DNA from: an uncultured Gammaproteobacteria bacterium
GTDB lineage: Bacteria; Pseudomonadota; Gammaproteobacteria; JBGSLN01
Assembly (NCBI GenBank): GCA_963695245.1
Contig: OY968770.1
Span: forward strand, 1,766,238 to 1,830,237
DNA length: 64,000 bases
Reading direction: 5' to 3'
Shown here: positions 10,088-20,468 of the stretch, one piece after another
Position numbering within the stretch: position 1 is the first letter of the stretch
Layout: each line of letters begins with the position of its first letter
Made by a program: the position numbers and the translations under genes
The notes under the pieces: generated by a model
Seen by the model: only the letters and a program-made list of their open reading frames with translations
The model's database searches: none
What the model was told of the DNA's origin: nothing

Positions 10088-10747
10088 TTAAGGGCAGAGA
10101 CGATCAATCGTCCAGCGATTATTTTCTTTAAAGGTATAGGTGATGCGATCGTGTAATCTATGAGCACCACCTTGCCAAAACTCAAAATAATGTATAAAAA
10201 TTTCAACACCACCCCAGTATTTGGGGCGGGGAATCGGCTGATTTTCAGGAAATTTTTTCTCCAGAGCCTTAAGGTTTTGTTCAAGTATTGCCCGACTCTC
10301 AACACTATGACTTTGATGAGAGGCCATAGCGCCCAGTTGAGAGGCACGGCTGCGACTGGCAAAATAAGCATCGGATTTTGCCTCTGAGGTTTTTTTCACA
10401 GTCCCTTTAAAACGTACCTGTCGCTCACATTCTGGCCACCAAAAAGTGCCGGCAATCTTTGGATTAATAGTCAAATCGTGAAATTTTTGACTCTCATAAT
10501 TCGTATAAAAAATAAAGCTGTTTTCAGTAATTTCCTTTAAAAGCACAACTCTTGAGGAAGGCTCTATAAATTCATTAACGGAAGCAATCACCATGGCATT
10601 TGCTTCGTAAGGTTCCACTTTGGCAGCATGATTAAACCATTGTTCAAATAAAACAAAGGGATTGTCAGGACATTGGGATTTATCTAAATGATCTTTGCCG
10701 TAATCGCGAATTTTTGTATATAAAGAACCCATAGCGTTACAATTCAA
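10088..10747 (-). CDS. pdxH: Pyridoxamine 5'-phosphate oxidase
   Basis: C-terminal WGG..HRLHDR motif and conserved FMN-binding region. Confidence 0.85.
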   Translation of the reverse strand: MNCNAMGSLYTKIRDYGKDHLDKSQCPDNPFVLFEQWFNHAAKVEPYEANAMVIASVNEFIEPSSRVVLLKEITENSFIFYTNYESQKFHDLTINPKIAGTFWWPECERQVRFKGTVKKTSEAKSDAYFASRSRASQLGAMASHQSHSVESRAILEQNLKALEKKFPENQPIPRPKYWGGVEIFIHYFEFWQGGAHRLHDRITYTFKENNRWTIDRLCP

Positions 10748-10779
10748 CTGAATGATTTGAAGGGAATTCTAGCAAAAAA

Positions 10780-11235
10780 ATGCCCTTGCTGGTATGCTTA
10801 GGCATATTTATTTTTGCTATATATGTTATGACCCAGGCTCAGATTAAACAAAATGCAGTGTACATCGGCATTGCTGTGATAGCCTTTATTTTTACTTACG
10901 CTATTGCGCCCGATCATTCGTTAACACCCAAAGGCATTATTTTGCCTACGGTTAAAAGCGCTTTAAAACCCAGCACCCAGCCGGTGCAACTGTTTGAAAA
11001 CAAGCCTGACAATGCTACTTATGTTGCCGACATAAATCTTGAGATGCATAGCACCAAGCCTACAGGCAAACAGGAACAGCAAATGTTAGAGGCTGCCAAA
11101 GCATTGGCGCAAAAAGCTGGCGCAAATGGTTTGGTCATCGGACCAAATACATTTGGATATGAAGGCGCCGGTCTCAATAATCCTGAGATTTTGGCAAAAT
11201 ATGTGCTATTTGCTAAAGCAATCAAATCTAACTAA
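10780..11235 (+). CDS. Hypothetical membrane protein
   Basis: Two N-terminal TM helices. No other motif. Confidence 0.45.
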   Translation: MPLLVCLGIFIFAIYVMTQAQIKQNAVYIGIAVIAFIFTYAIAPDHSLTPKGIILPTVKSALKPSTQPVQLFENKPDNATYVADINLEMHSTKPTGKQEQQMLEAAKALAQKAGANGLVIGPNTFGYEGAGLNNPEILAKYVLFAKAIKSN

Positions 11236-11244
11236 GAGTTTACC

Positions 11245-12057
11245 ATGAATATTAATTTTCCCTTATTGTTATTATTTCTAATGATTGCCTCTGGTGCTAT
11301 CTGGCTGGCAGATAGTTTACTGTTTAAAAAACAACGGTTGAGCACAGCGGGTACCAAAGCTAAATTACCCATCCTTGTGGATTATGCAAAATCTTTATTT
11401 CCTGTTTTTGTCATAGTGTTTATTTTGAGAAGTTTTGTTGCCTCCTTGTTTGTGGTGCCTTCAGGTTCATTAGAACCGACCGTCATTCCGGGGGATTTTA
11501 TCTTTGTAACTCATTACTCTTACGGCATTCGTTTGCCTATTTGGAATAAAACTTTGATACCTACCTGGAAACCCAAAGTGGGTGATATTGCTGTGTTTCA
11601 CTGGCCAGTGAATCCAAGTGTGGATTTTATCAAAAGAGTGGTGGGCATACCTGGCGATACGGTTAGTTACATTGATAAAGTGTTTTACATTAACGGCAAA
11701 AAAATGCCACAGAAATTTTTAGGCACCACCATGTATGGCGATCCCGGTTTGCCAAAATGGAAAGTAGATAAGTATCAGGAAGATTTAATGGGTGTGAAAC
11801 ATGATATTTATGTTTGCCCAAAAACTTCTTTGGAATGTCCAGGCCACACTCCACAAAATTTTTATAATCTTAAGATCCCAAAAGGTGAATATTTGTTAAT
11901 TGGCGATAACCGTGATGACAGTGATGACAGTCGTTATTGGGGATTAGTGCCTTACAAAGATTTAGTGGGTAAGGCACAGTTTATTGTTTTTAGTTGGGAT
12001 TCTAATGCGAGTTTATTACATAAAATTCGCTGGAGTAGAATCGGTACAGGACTTTAG
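11245..12057 (+). CDS. lepB: Signal peptidase I
   Basis: Catalytic Ser region GSLEPT, the GDNRDDSDDSRYWG box and an N-terminal TM. Confidence 0.9.
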   Translation: MNINFPLLLLFLMIASGAIWLADSLLFKKQRLSTAGTKAKLPILVDYAKSLFPVFVIVFILRSFVASLFVVPSGSLEPTVIPGDFIFVTHYSYGIRLPIWNKTLIPTWKPKVGDIAVFHWPVNPSVDFIKRVVGIPGDTVSYIDKVFYINGKKMPQKFLGTTMYGDPGLPKWKVDKYQEDLMGVKHDIYVCPKTSLECPGHTPQNFYNLKIPKGEYLLIGDNRDDSDDSRYWGLVPYKDLVGKAQFIVFSWDSNASLLHKIRWSRIGTGL

Positions 12058-13316
12058 AAATCCAGTGTAGGAAGGTGAGTTAACTTTTCTGAATCTGTCT
12101 GCTGCTCAATAGTGAGATAAAATTTTTCGATAAGCTCAGATCGAATCTCTGATGCCATTTTATTTTCTGGTGTAGAAAATTTAAGAAATAGAAACTGTTT
12201 TTGTGAAGCGCCTTCTAGTTTTTTACAAAGATTTTCTAATCTCACTTCTAATGGTGAAGTTTGATCCTTTTGGCAATCCATCAAAATTTTTTTCACATCT
12301 TTAAAGTCTCGGTCTTTTAACAATTTAAATTTATCTTTTAAAAATTGATCCAGTGAAGCTTTTCTTTTAGCCTTTATTTGAGTATCTACCGCAAAATCAA
12401 TCAATTCACTAATGCCTGTGTCTGTTTTACTGCTGGTAAAAAATAGTCCCTGAGAATTTATATTTTTACTGAACTCTTCTAAAGGTTTTATATTCGGATG
12501 ATCTTTAGGATAACTGTCAGATTTAGTAGCGCAAACGATAAATTGGCTGCCAGAAATAGATTCAACCTGTTTACGCCAGTGTTCAAGGTGTTCTGAAAAT
12601 TTGTCAATTGTGGGATCAAAACAAAGGATTACTAAAGTATTTCTTAGAAACTTGTACAGGTTTTCTGATCTCAGATGACTTCTTGTAAGATTTAAGCGTA
12701 AATGGTTTGATACAGGTGGCTTGTTATAATAAGCCACCTGAGATACAGAGTGTTCGCGAAAAACACGTGGTTCTTCATATATACCATTTAAAATACGATT
12801 TAGAAGTTTGCCTTTACCAGATAAGTTTACGCCAGTGATGCTAATGTGTAGCTCAGGAGAGCTATTAGCAAGAATATATGGAGAATCCTCTACTTTATAC
12901 AGTCTATATGGATTTTTTTCTATGTGACTATTGAAAAAACGACAGGTTTTGGAAAGTGCTTGCAACCCTCCAACTTGCTGTAAATTTTGATAAATTAAAT
13001 TTTTAATGTCTGCAGGTAAATCAGTGAAAGTCCCGCAGTCTGCATTTTTAAGCACGAATGCTTTTTTAAAGGCTATGAGAATTTGTTTAGCGCTAGAGTC
13101 TGTTTGATCGATTAGTTGGCATATTTGTTCAACAACTTTTGGATAAAGATATTTTTTACATAGCAGTTTAAATTGGCTACTAAAATCTTCTTCATTATCC
13201 GCTTTTTCCAAATTTGATTTTAAGTCTATTAATGATTGTTTAGCAGTAGAGTCGAAACTATATTTCTCTAAAGATGATTCAATAAAACTAACAAAATCGG
13301 TTTTTAAACTTAACAT
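12054..13316 (-). CDS. Eukaryotic-like F-box domain protein with a possible degenerate P-loop/Ras-like region. Effector candidate.
   Basis: LPADIKNLIYQNL...LSKTCRFF matches the F-box consensus (LPxEIlxxIfxxL...vCkrW). GVNLSGKGK and TKSD weakly resemble G1 and G4 motifs. Very AT-rich. Confidence 0.5.
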   Translation of the reverse strand: MLSLKTDFVSFIESSLEKYSFDSTAKQSLIDLKSNLEKADNEEDFSSQFKLLCKKYLYPKVVEQICQLIDQTDSSAKQILIAFKKAFVLKNADCGTFTDLPADIKNLIYQNLQQVGGLQALSKTCRFFNSHIEKNPYRLYKVEDSPYILANSSPELHISITGVNLSGKGKLLNRILNGIYEEPRVFREHSVSQVAYYNKPPVSNHLRLNLTRSHLRSENLYKFLRNTLVILCFDPTIDKFSEHLEHWRKQVESISGSQFIVCATKSDSYPKDHPNIKPLEEFSKNINSQGLFFTSSKTDTGISELIDFAVDTQIKAKRKASLDQFLKDKFKLLKDRDFKDVKKILMDCQKDQTSPLEVRLENLCKKLEGASQKQFLFLKFSTPENKMASEIRSELIEKFYLTIEQQTDSEKLTHLPTLDF

Positions 13317-13440
13317 ACAACCTAACCTTCATATTAATACAAATAACAACTAGCAATAGTATAACGACGTAAGATTAAGGTTTTATTAACTGTATCAAGT
13401 ATCAAGCACTCAATTTTGGCGATTTTGTTAATATTATGAC

Positions 13441-13582
13441 TTACAAAAAACTTCGTATTAAAATTAATCAATGTAGGTTGGGCTGACAAAGGAAGCCCAA
13501 CAGGGAATTCATGTAATTACGGCCTTATTTAATTGCCACGGCTTGTTGAGCTTCCTTTGTCAGCCCAACCTACATTTATTTC
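13441..13582. repeat. MITE-like palindromic element (core copy with partial left TIR)
   Basis: aatgtaggttgggctgacaaaggaagcccaac ... gttgagcttcctttgtcagcccaacctacatt, with compensatory arm variants. Confidence 0.8.
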
Positions 13583-13626
13583 TTCAGTAAAATGACGCTA
13601 TATTTGTCTTTCTATCTATCTAAAAA

Positions 13627-14130
13627 TCAGATGGCAGTTGCCTTTGACAAATCATAACCTGCAGGAATAGGAGATTGAGGTTTATGATTTTTGTCAAAAG
13701 GGATAACTTTCATTTCAATTTTGTCAAAATTTAGATAAACATGTTCTATAGGAAAGTCGTTATGTTGCTCTGAAATAGATGGTTGTTTTTTACAACAAAT
13801 ATCATGCCCACTGATAATAACATTTGATAAAGTATATTCCAGATAAGCAGTAGGTGTGTTACTTGTGGTCACAAAACTGATTTTGACTTGGGCTTTTGCA
13901 GTACACACAGTAGCCTCGCCAAAAAGACGAGAAGAGGATTTATCGAAGTGTTTAGTGACCACAATCTCACTGATATTCGGCTTAGTACCTTCGCGGTTAG
14001 CTACATGTCCAGGTTGGGTATTCAAATGCCTTTGTACTTTAAAATTAAATGTATCAAGTTCAATCCAGTTTTCATAACCCTGAGTGGTGACATTACCGTC
14101 AATTCCTGAGATTTGCATATAAATTGCCAT
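13627..14130 (-). CDS. hcp: Type VI secretion tube protein Hcp (TssD)
   Basis: N-terminus MAIYMQISGIDG...GYENWIELDTFNF is typical of the Hcp1 family. 167 aa. Divergent from the tssJ operon. Confidence 0.85.
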   Translation of the reverse strand: MAIYMQISGIDGNVTTQGYENWIELDTFNFKVQRHLNTQPGHVANREGTKPNISEIVVTKHFDKSSSRLFGEATVCTAKAQVKISFVTTSNTPTAYLEYTLSNVIISGHDICCKKQPSISEQHNDFPIEHVYLNFDKIEMKVIPFDKNHKPQSPIPAGYDLSKATAI

Positions 14131-14181
14131 GATTTCTCCTGTAAAAAATCATATATTACCTAAATAATATAATAACCTCAA

Positions 14182-14209
14182 TTGACATTATCTTTTTTGT
14201 TGGTAAAAT
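14182..14209 (+). promoter_or_regulatory. Candidate sigma70-type promoter (TTGACA, 16 nt spacer, TAAAAT) upstream of the tssJ operon
   Basis: TTGACA at 14182-14187 and TAAAAT at 14204-14209, in the hcp/ORF144 divergent intergenic region. Confidence 0.3.
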
Positions 14210-14247
14210 ACTGAGAATTCATCATTAGGAAATTAAGGAGTGGTGTC

Positions 14248-14682
14248 ATGTATAATTTATTGATATTGAAGCCCATTGATAAATCTGTCGCACAAGAGCG
14301 GGTACATGCTCTAAGCGCTCTTCAAATGAATCTGTATCAAAATACAGCAATAATAGAAAGTTCTGAGGGTAAACTCCCTTTAAACAATTCTTTATATATT
14401 GAAGTAGGAGGACAGGTGTTTCAATTATGTTTGGAAAAAAATGTTTATCCGGCAGAAGTGACTTTACAGAGTAACTTATCTAATAAGAAAGCTACGCAGT
14501 CAAATAATGCTTGCCCACTAAATCTTCAACAAAAACCAGCAAAAATCTTACCTTTTTTAGCGCAAACACAAGAAACAATTCATCATGCAAATCCTGAGAG
14601 TCATCATTGCGCTGAGATTCATCAATATCTTGATGTGAGTCATGAGCGTATTTTTGAGCATCTGATTATGAGAAAAAGGTGA
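14248..14682 (+). CDS. Hypothetical protein (144 aa) at the head of the T6SS operon
   Basis: Good SD (aaggag) upstream. Sits 7 nt upstream of tssJ. No recognisable motif. Confidence 0.5.
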   Translation: MYNLLILKPIDKSVAQERVHALSALQMNLYQNTAIIESSEGKLPLNNSLYIEVGGQVFQLCLEKNVYPAEVTLQSNLSNKKATQSNNACPLNLQQKPAKILPFLAQTQETIHHANPESHHCAEIHQYLDVSHERIFEHLIMRKR

Positions 14683-14689
14683 AAATATC

Positions 14690-15136
14690 ATGTTACGTTT
14701 TCTGTTCATCACTATTTTGAGTATTGCTCTATCCAGTTGTAATTTGCACTCGTTGAGTCAGGGGATACAGCTAAATGCGGTTCACTTTTTAAATCCAGAT
14801 AAGGAAGGTAGTGCGAAACCGGTTGCCGTTACGGTTTTACAATTGTCTGACCCCAGTCAATTCAAAGTGCTAAGTTTTGAATTACTTACGAACAAATCAC
14901 AACAATATTTAGGTAAAAATTTGATAGATAAACAAAGTTTTGAAATTCGACCAGGGGGTCATAAAAAAGTGTTTATTCAACTAAGTAAAGATACTAAATA
15001 TTTAGGCATTATTTCAGGATATCGAAAACTTAATAATATACGCTGGCGTAAGCTTATTAAAATTATGCCAGAACATCAAAGAAAAAACGTGATGATAAAT
15101 TTAAACTCAGAACAAATGCAAATATATTTGAAATAA
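14690..15136 (+). CDS. tssJ: T6SS outer-membrane lipoprotein TssJ (VasD-like)
   Basis: Lipobox LSSC after the signal peptide. ~150 aa. Located immediately upstream of tssK. Confidence 0.7.
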   Translation: MLRFLFITILSIALSSCNLHSLSQGIQLNAVHFLNPDKEGSAKPVAVTVLQLSDPSQFKVLSFELLTNKSQQYLGKNLIDKQSFEIRPGGHKKVFIQLSKDTKYLGIISGYRKLNNIRWRKLIKIMPEHQRKNVMINLNSEQMQIYLK

Positions 15137-15148
15137 TAAGGACTTATT

Positions 15149-16480
15149 ATGATTTATGAAAACAATGTTGCCTGGCTTGAAGGCATGTTTTTACAGCCAC
15201 ATCATTTTCAACAAATGAATCAATATTATGAAGCATTGATTCACAGAATTCGTAAAGTATACAGTCAAAATTACTGGGGGATTTCAGAGTTACGGATTGA
15301 TGAAGCTTTATTACCACTTAGAAAAATCAGTATCCAAAGCGCAAAAGGAATTTTCTCCGATGGCTCCGTGTTTAATATTCCAGCAAAAGACTTAAAACCT
15401 GATCCCATTGAGTTAAGTGACGAACCTGGAACTTTAACTTTATATCTTGCTATTGCCTTAAAATCAAATGCTGCTGAGTTGGGCGATGCATCTTCAAAAG
15501 AGTCTTATCGGAACTTTGTAGAGGTTATTGAAGTAAGAGATTTGACTGCAGATACAGATAATCGAATTGAAATTCAGATAAAAAAATTAAAACCTGTTAT
15601 CTTAACAAGCAAAGATGATTTAAGCAGATTCAGCTATATTAAGTTTGCCGAGGTGAATATCGCAGGCACAGAAGCAAACGTAAGTTTTGATGAAAAAATT
15701 ATTCCAACCTGTATTGATATTAAAACTTCTAATAAACTTTCACAGTCATTGAATTTATTTCAAGGATTACTTTCTCACAGAGCACAAGCACTGGCACAAC
15801 GCCTTACAGATCCTAAAAATGCTGGAAGCACTGAAATGATTGATTTAATACTGCTACAGTTAATGAATCGTTATGAAGTGATTATACAGCATTTAAAAAC
15901 AAAAGAAGGCGTACACCCGGAAACTTATTTCAGGTATTTAATCCAGCTACTGGCTGAATTACAGACTTTTACACAGAACAATCGTCGTCCAGAAATAAAA
16001 TTTCATTATAAACATCAGGATTTAAATCAGACTTTTGATAGGATATTGGAGGCATTAAAACAAGCATTAAGTACAATCTTAGAACAAAATGCTATTGCCA
16101 TTAGCTTAAAGCAACGTAGTGATGGCTTATGGGTGACTCAACTTGAAGATACGTTTTTAATAACTACATATCAGTTTGTTTTAGCTGTTTACGCTGATCT
16201 GCCTTTGGAAGAAATACGCAATAACTGTCCAATGCAAACCAAAATTGCGCCATTAGCAGACATTATGAACTTGATTAAACGTCAGTTACCAGGAATTGAA
16301 ATAAAACCTGTAGCTGTGGTTCCAAGGCAAATTCCTTATCACAGCAATTTTTGTTATTTTTACATTGAAACAGAAAACAGGTTTTGGCAGAACCTCAATA
16401 AAACCACAGAGCTTGCTATACATTTTGCAGGTAGCTTGCCAAATCTAAAAGTTGAATTATGGGCAATAAAAGGATTATGA
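15149..16480 (+). CDS. tssK: T6SS baseplate protein TssK (ImpJ/VasE)
   Basis: N-terminal signature VAWLEGMFLQPHHFQQ. 443 aa. Confidence 0.9.
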   Translation: MIYENNVAWLEGMFLQPHHFQQMNQYYEALIHRIRKVYSQNYWGISELRIDEALLPLRKISIQSAKGIFSDGSVFNIPAKDLKPDPIELSDEPGTLTLYLAIALKSNAAELGDASSKESYRNFVEVIEVRDLTADTDNRIEIQIKKLKPVILTSKDDLSRFSYIKFAEVNIAGTEANVSFDEKIIPTCIDIKTSNKLSQSLNLFQGLLSHRAQALAQRLTDPKNAGSTEMIDLILLQLMNRYEVIIQHLKTKEGVHPETYFRYLIQLLAELQTFTQNNRRPEIKFHYKHQDLNQTFDRILEALKQALSTILEQNAIAISLKQRSDGLWVTQLEDTFLITTYQFVLAVYADLPLEEIRNNCPMQTKIAPLADIMNLIKRQLPGIEIKPVAVVPRQIPYHSNFCYFYIETENRFWQNLNKTTELAIHFAGSLPNLKVELWAIKGL

Positions 16481-16481
16481 T

Positions 16482-17258
16482 ATGAATCAAATACAATACC
16501 ATCAAAGCCCAGCTTGGGTATCTGAGTCTAATAGATTATTATGGGCTGCAATTTCTCTTATTTATCTATTAGTGGATATACGTAATAAAAAAGCAGGGAG
16601 CGATATTCAACTTATTAAATCAAAGATTATTAAAGAAATTAAAGCATTTGAAAAAAAATTGACAAGCATTGGGTATACTTTCACATTAATTCAATCAGCC
16701 AGGTATTGTCTGTGTGCTGCAATTGATGAGGCAGTTTTGACTCAGGATTGGACAGACAAAAGCGTTTGGATGAACCAAAGCTTAATTAGTTTATTTCATC
16801 AGGAAACTTATGGAGGTGAAAATTTTTATATTATTTTGGAAAATTTAGCGGAAAATTTTCAGAAAAATATTGAATTTATGGAGCTTGCATATTACTTATT
16901 AAGTCTTGGTTTTGAAGGCAAGTTTTATGGGCCATATAAAAACTCCCGAGAGGAAATTCGAAATCAGTTGTTTTATAAAATACGCAGTCTTTATAAATTG
17001 CCCAATAAAAAAATTTCTAATTTTAATGCTGATTTGTCTTCGTTGGATTTAATTAAAAAGCAACATAAGCATTTCAAGAAATTTTATTGTGTTATTTTTA
17101 GTATGTTTTTTACTGTGATATTGATTTTTAATATCCTGTCAGTTCATTATTTTACATCCACAGGGCAACAACTGAAGAAATTTGGAAGTATTACACCTCT
17201 AGTAAGTTTTAATCAGGCTTTAGCGCAGGATAATATTACCAGAAGAATTTTAAAATGA
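16482..17258 (+). CDS. tssL: T6SS membrane protein TssL (DotU/IcmH family)
   Basis: DotU-like cytoplasmic domain with a single C-terminal TM helix. Position between tssK and tssM. Confidence 0.8.
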   Translation: MNQIQYHQSPAWVSESNRLLWAAISLIYLLVDIRNKKAGSDIQLIKSKIIKEIKAFEKKLTSIGYTFTLIQSARYCLCAAIDEAVLTQDWTDKSVWMNQSLISLFHQETYGGENFYIILENLAENFQKNIEFMELAYYLLSLGFEGKFYGPYKNSREEIRNQLFYKIRSLYKLPNKKISNFNADLSSLDLIKKQHKHFKKFYCVIFSMFFTVILIFNILSVHYFTSTGQQLKKFGSITPLVSFNQALAQDNITRRILK

Positions 17259-20200
17259 ACCAGAATAAAGTCTATGTGAATAAAACAATTGTTTATTGGT
17301 ATGAAAAGATAAGGGCAACTGTAAAGAAAAAAATTTTGTTACTATATAAATTACTGAAAAAATTATCAGGGTTAATATTAACAGGATTGGTACTCTTAAG
17401 GCAGTTTAAAATCAAGGTTTTTGACAAAAAACATCAGTATGAGTTAAGAAAAACACCCTGGTATTTTGTCATGGGAGATAAAAACACTGATAAAAATTGT
17501 TTTATAAAAAATACAGGTATTCCTTTTTATTCAATTGATCACTATAACCCACAAATGAAAAAATGGCAGAAAAAATTCTCTGTTTATAACTGGTTTTTTT
17601 CTGAAAGAGTAACTTTCATATACATAAACCAACTGTCAAAACAGATGGATTTGAAAATTTGGCACAATTTCTTAAGAGTATTAAAAAAAGAACGTTACCA
17701 AACTCCTCTTCAAGGTGTTATCGTACAATTTGACTTCAATGAATTAGTTCAGTGCTCTAAAGAAAAACTGACTGAAATTATTGAAGGTTTTATAAAAAAA
17801 CTCAATGTCATGAATAAACAATTAGGTACAGTAGTGCCCCTTTACTTGATTCTAACCAAATTTAATTTGACAGATGGCTTTCAGGATTTTTTTAAAAACT
17901 ATTCACACGATGAATTGCAACAGGTTTTCGGGATTACCATACCACTAAATATTGCGGATAACCCTGATTTAATTATGCCATACATTCATAGAGAATATAT
18001 TGACATCATTAAAAATCTGCATAAGCAAATTTTCTGGTCCTTTGATACTGAAAAAAGCTTAGCCGGCAGGGAAAAAATCATTAATTTTCCACGGAACATA
18101 CAAAAAGTCTTTGAGCCTATACAAATAATTATACTCTTAATTTGCAAAAACTTATCAAATAAAAAGCAAATCAAATTAAGAGGTATCTATTTTACTGGAG
18201 AGAGTGAAAACGGCATTTGTAACGAAAAAGACTTGATAAACAAACAACTGCAAACACTTGAATTAAATTCTGAGAGTGCTTTGTTTCTGCAAAAACTTCT
18301 TAAAGAAGTCGTTTATACAGACATAGAGATATTTAAAGAAAAAACGGCCAGAAAAAGAATTGTCACCAAAATAAATCGATATGCAATTTGGTTTTTTCCT
18401 ATTATATTTTTAGTGTTTTTCTATATGTTTTATAGTGGTTATGAAAATATAAAACAGCAAATGTTATCCATGCAAGGACAATTTAATTTTATTTGCGCGA
18501 GTAAAATTAATCAAAATAACAGTAACCCAATTTTGGGTGCTTTATTGGTAATAAAAAAACTTAATAAAGCAAAAAGTATATATTTAGAACAACAATCCAT
18601 AGTTAAAAATTTATTTCTTGGAGATTATTGGTTGTTGTGGCAATTTAAAAGAGTACAAAAAAAAATTCTTCAAAACAAATTTTTACCAATAGTGGCAGCC
18701 AGTTTGGAGAAGCAGCTACAACATGAAACTATGAAAGTTAATCTAAAGTATGCAATGTTAAAGGCCTATCTTTTCTTCGGTATACAAAACCATGATAATC
18801 CTAAGTCAGTCGTTATGCCTATGAAATATCTGTGGATGGACGAATTTGACGAGCATCCCGAATATGTTGCTACATTAACTCATGCTTTAAATGAGTCTTT
18901 AAAGCTGCCAGTAGCTAAATTACCTTTAGATTTTAAATTAATCAGGAAAATACGGGATGAATTAGAGAGTATTAATACCGAACAGCGCGCTTATGATTTA
19001 CTAAAATTGCAGGCAAGAGTCAGTTCAATTCCAGATATAACTTTATTATCAAATAGCTCCGCTGTTTATCAACAGATATTTTCACGAAAAAAACTGCAGA
19101 TGATTCCAGCCTTATATACAAAAACTGGGTTTGATAATATTTTTAGTAAAGATTATGAGAGTATTGCTAAAACCGTGGAAATGGATAATATAACTTTAGG
19201 ACTCTTCAAAGAAGAGGCTAAAACAAATTTTCAAAGGATTATTGCAGCTTCTCTTAAAAAGAGATACAAAGAAAAATATATGGCAACTTGGAGGCATGCG
19301 TTACTAAAAATTAAGATAAAAAAAGTGACTGCGCTATCAAGCTTAATCTTACAGCTTCAATACTTGCTAAGTAATAAAAGTCCTATGAAAGATTTATTAT
19401 TAGTTGTAAATAGGAATATAAGTGGATTAAGTTCAATTGATAATGTAAGCCAAGTTAATGTATCTGAACTTAATTACTTTATAAATAATAAAAATAGTAT
19501 TAACTATAATGCAATGAATCATAAACTTAAGATACTTTTAGATTATTTTGAAAAAATCAAACATGCTAAAGATAGTAATTTTAAGGCCTACCAACTACTA
19601 TCCAAAACTTTCCAGTCTAATACAAGCCCCATTATACAGTTAAGCAGGTTTGCCAATAGAACGCCTGATTATATCAGGAATTGGCTTAAGCAAATTTCAG
19701 CTAATGCCTGGTATATCTTGGAATATAAATCTACGCAGTATCTTAATCAAATTTGGCAGAAGAGCGTTTATAAAAATTATCTTAACAGCTTAAAAGATCG
19801 CTACCCTCTAAGTATAAATTCTAATACACAATTAAGTATTAAAGATTTTCAAAAATTTTTTGGTAGTAAGGGGAGTATTCAAAGCTACTATAAGGAATAT
19901 TTAAGTCCTTTTGTTAATATTCATACAAAACACTGGGAGTTATATCAAATTGATGGCTTTAAATTTGCTCTTGCAAAAAGCATCATTCGGTTTTTTGAAT
20001 TAGTGAATAAAATTAATCTTGTTTTTTTTATTCAAAACAATAATATTCCAGGATTTAACTTCACACTAGAGCCCATTGATTTAAACCAAAATGTTGCAGA
20101 AGCATTGATTTCTTATGGCAATCATAAGGTATATTATCGCCATGGCCCACAAAATGTGTACAAATTTCACTGGCCTATGACTGGCAATAATCGCATTTCT

Positions 20201-20446
20201 TTAATAATGACATTGTTTTCTAATCAAAATTTAGCTAAAAACTTCTCAGGTCCCTGGTCTTTATTTAAGTTTTTAAATACAGCACAATTAACATATATAA
20301 ATCACAGGCAGATTAAGGCTAAATTAGATTTAAAAGGAAAAAATTTGGATTTATTAATTACCAGTGAGGCAGGGAATAATGTTTTTAATTTATCCCTGTT
20401 TAAAAAAATAGTGTTTCCAAAAAACATTAATCTTACAAATGTCTAA
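17255..20446 (+). CDS. tssM: T6SS membrane protein TssM (IcmF family)
   Basis: 1063 aa with N-terminal TM helices and IcmF-like architecture. Overlaps tssL by 4 nt. No canonical Walker A. Confidence 0.85.
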   Translation: MNQNKVYVNKTIVYWYEKIRATVKKKILLLYKLLKKLSGLILTGLVLLRQFKIKVFDKKHQYELRKTPWYFVMGDKNTDKNCFIKNTGIPFYSIDHYNPQMKKWQKKFSVYNWFFSERVTFIYINQLSKQMDLKIWHNFLRVLKKERYQTPLQGVIVQFDFNELVQCSKEKLTEIIEGFIKKLNVMNKQLGTVVPLYLILTKFNLTDGFQDFFKNYSHDELQQVFGITIPLNIADNPDLIMPYIHREYIDIIKNLHKQIFWSFDTEKSLAGREKIINFPRNIQKVFEPIQIIILLICKNLSNKKQIKLRGIYFTGESENGICNEKDLINKQLQTLELNSESALFLQKLLKEVVYTDIEIFKEKTARKRIVTKINRYAIWFFPIIFLVFFYMFYSGYENIKQQMLSMQGQFNFICASKINQNNSNPILGALLVIKKLNKAKSIYLEQQSIVKNLFLGDYWLLWQFKRVQKKILQNKFLPIVAASLEKQLQHETMKVNLKYAMLKAYLFFGIQNHDNPKSVVMPMKYLWMDEFDEHPEYVATLTHALNESLKLPVAKLPLDFKLIRKIRDELESINTEQRAYDLLKLQARVSSIPDITLLSNSSAVYQQIFSRKKLQMIPALYTKTGFDNIFSKDYESIAKTVEMDNITLGLFKEEAKTNFQRIIAASLKKRYKEKYMATWRHALLKIKIKKVTALSSLILQLQYLLSNKSPMKDLLLVVNRNISGLSSIDNVSQVNVSELNYFINNKNSINYNAMNHKLKILLDYFEKIKHAKDSNFKAYQLLSKTFQSNTSPIIQLSRFANRTPDYIRNWLKQISANAWYILEYKSTQYLNQIWQKSVYKNYLNSLKDRYPLSINSNTQLSIKDFQKFFGSKGSIQSYYKEYLSPFVNIHTKHWELYQIDGFKFALAKSIIRFFELVNKINLVFFIQNNNIPGFNFTLEPIDLNQNVAEALISYGNHKVYYRHGPQNVYKFHWPMTGNNRISLIMTLFSNQNLAKNFSGPWSLFKFLNTAQLTYINHRQIKAKLDLKGKNLDLLITSEAGNNVFNLSLFKKIVFPKNINLTNV

Positions 20447-20468
20447 ATTATTAAATAAAGGAATTGTA

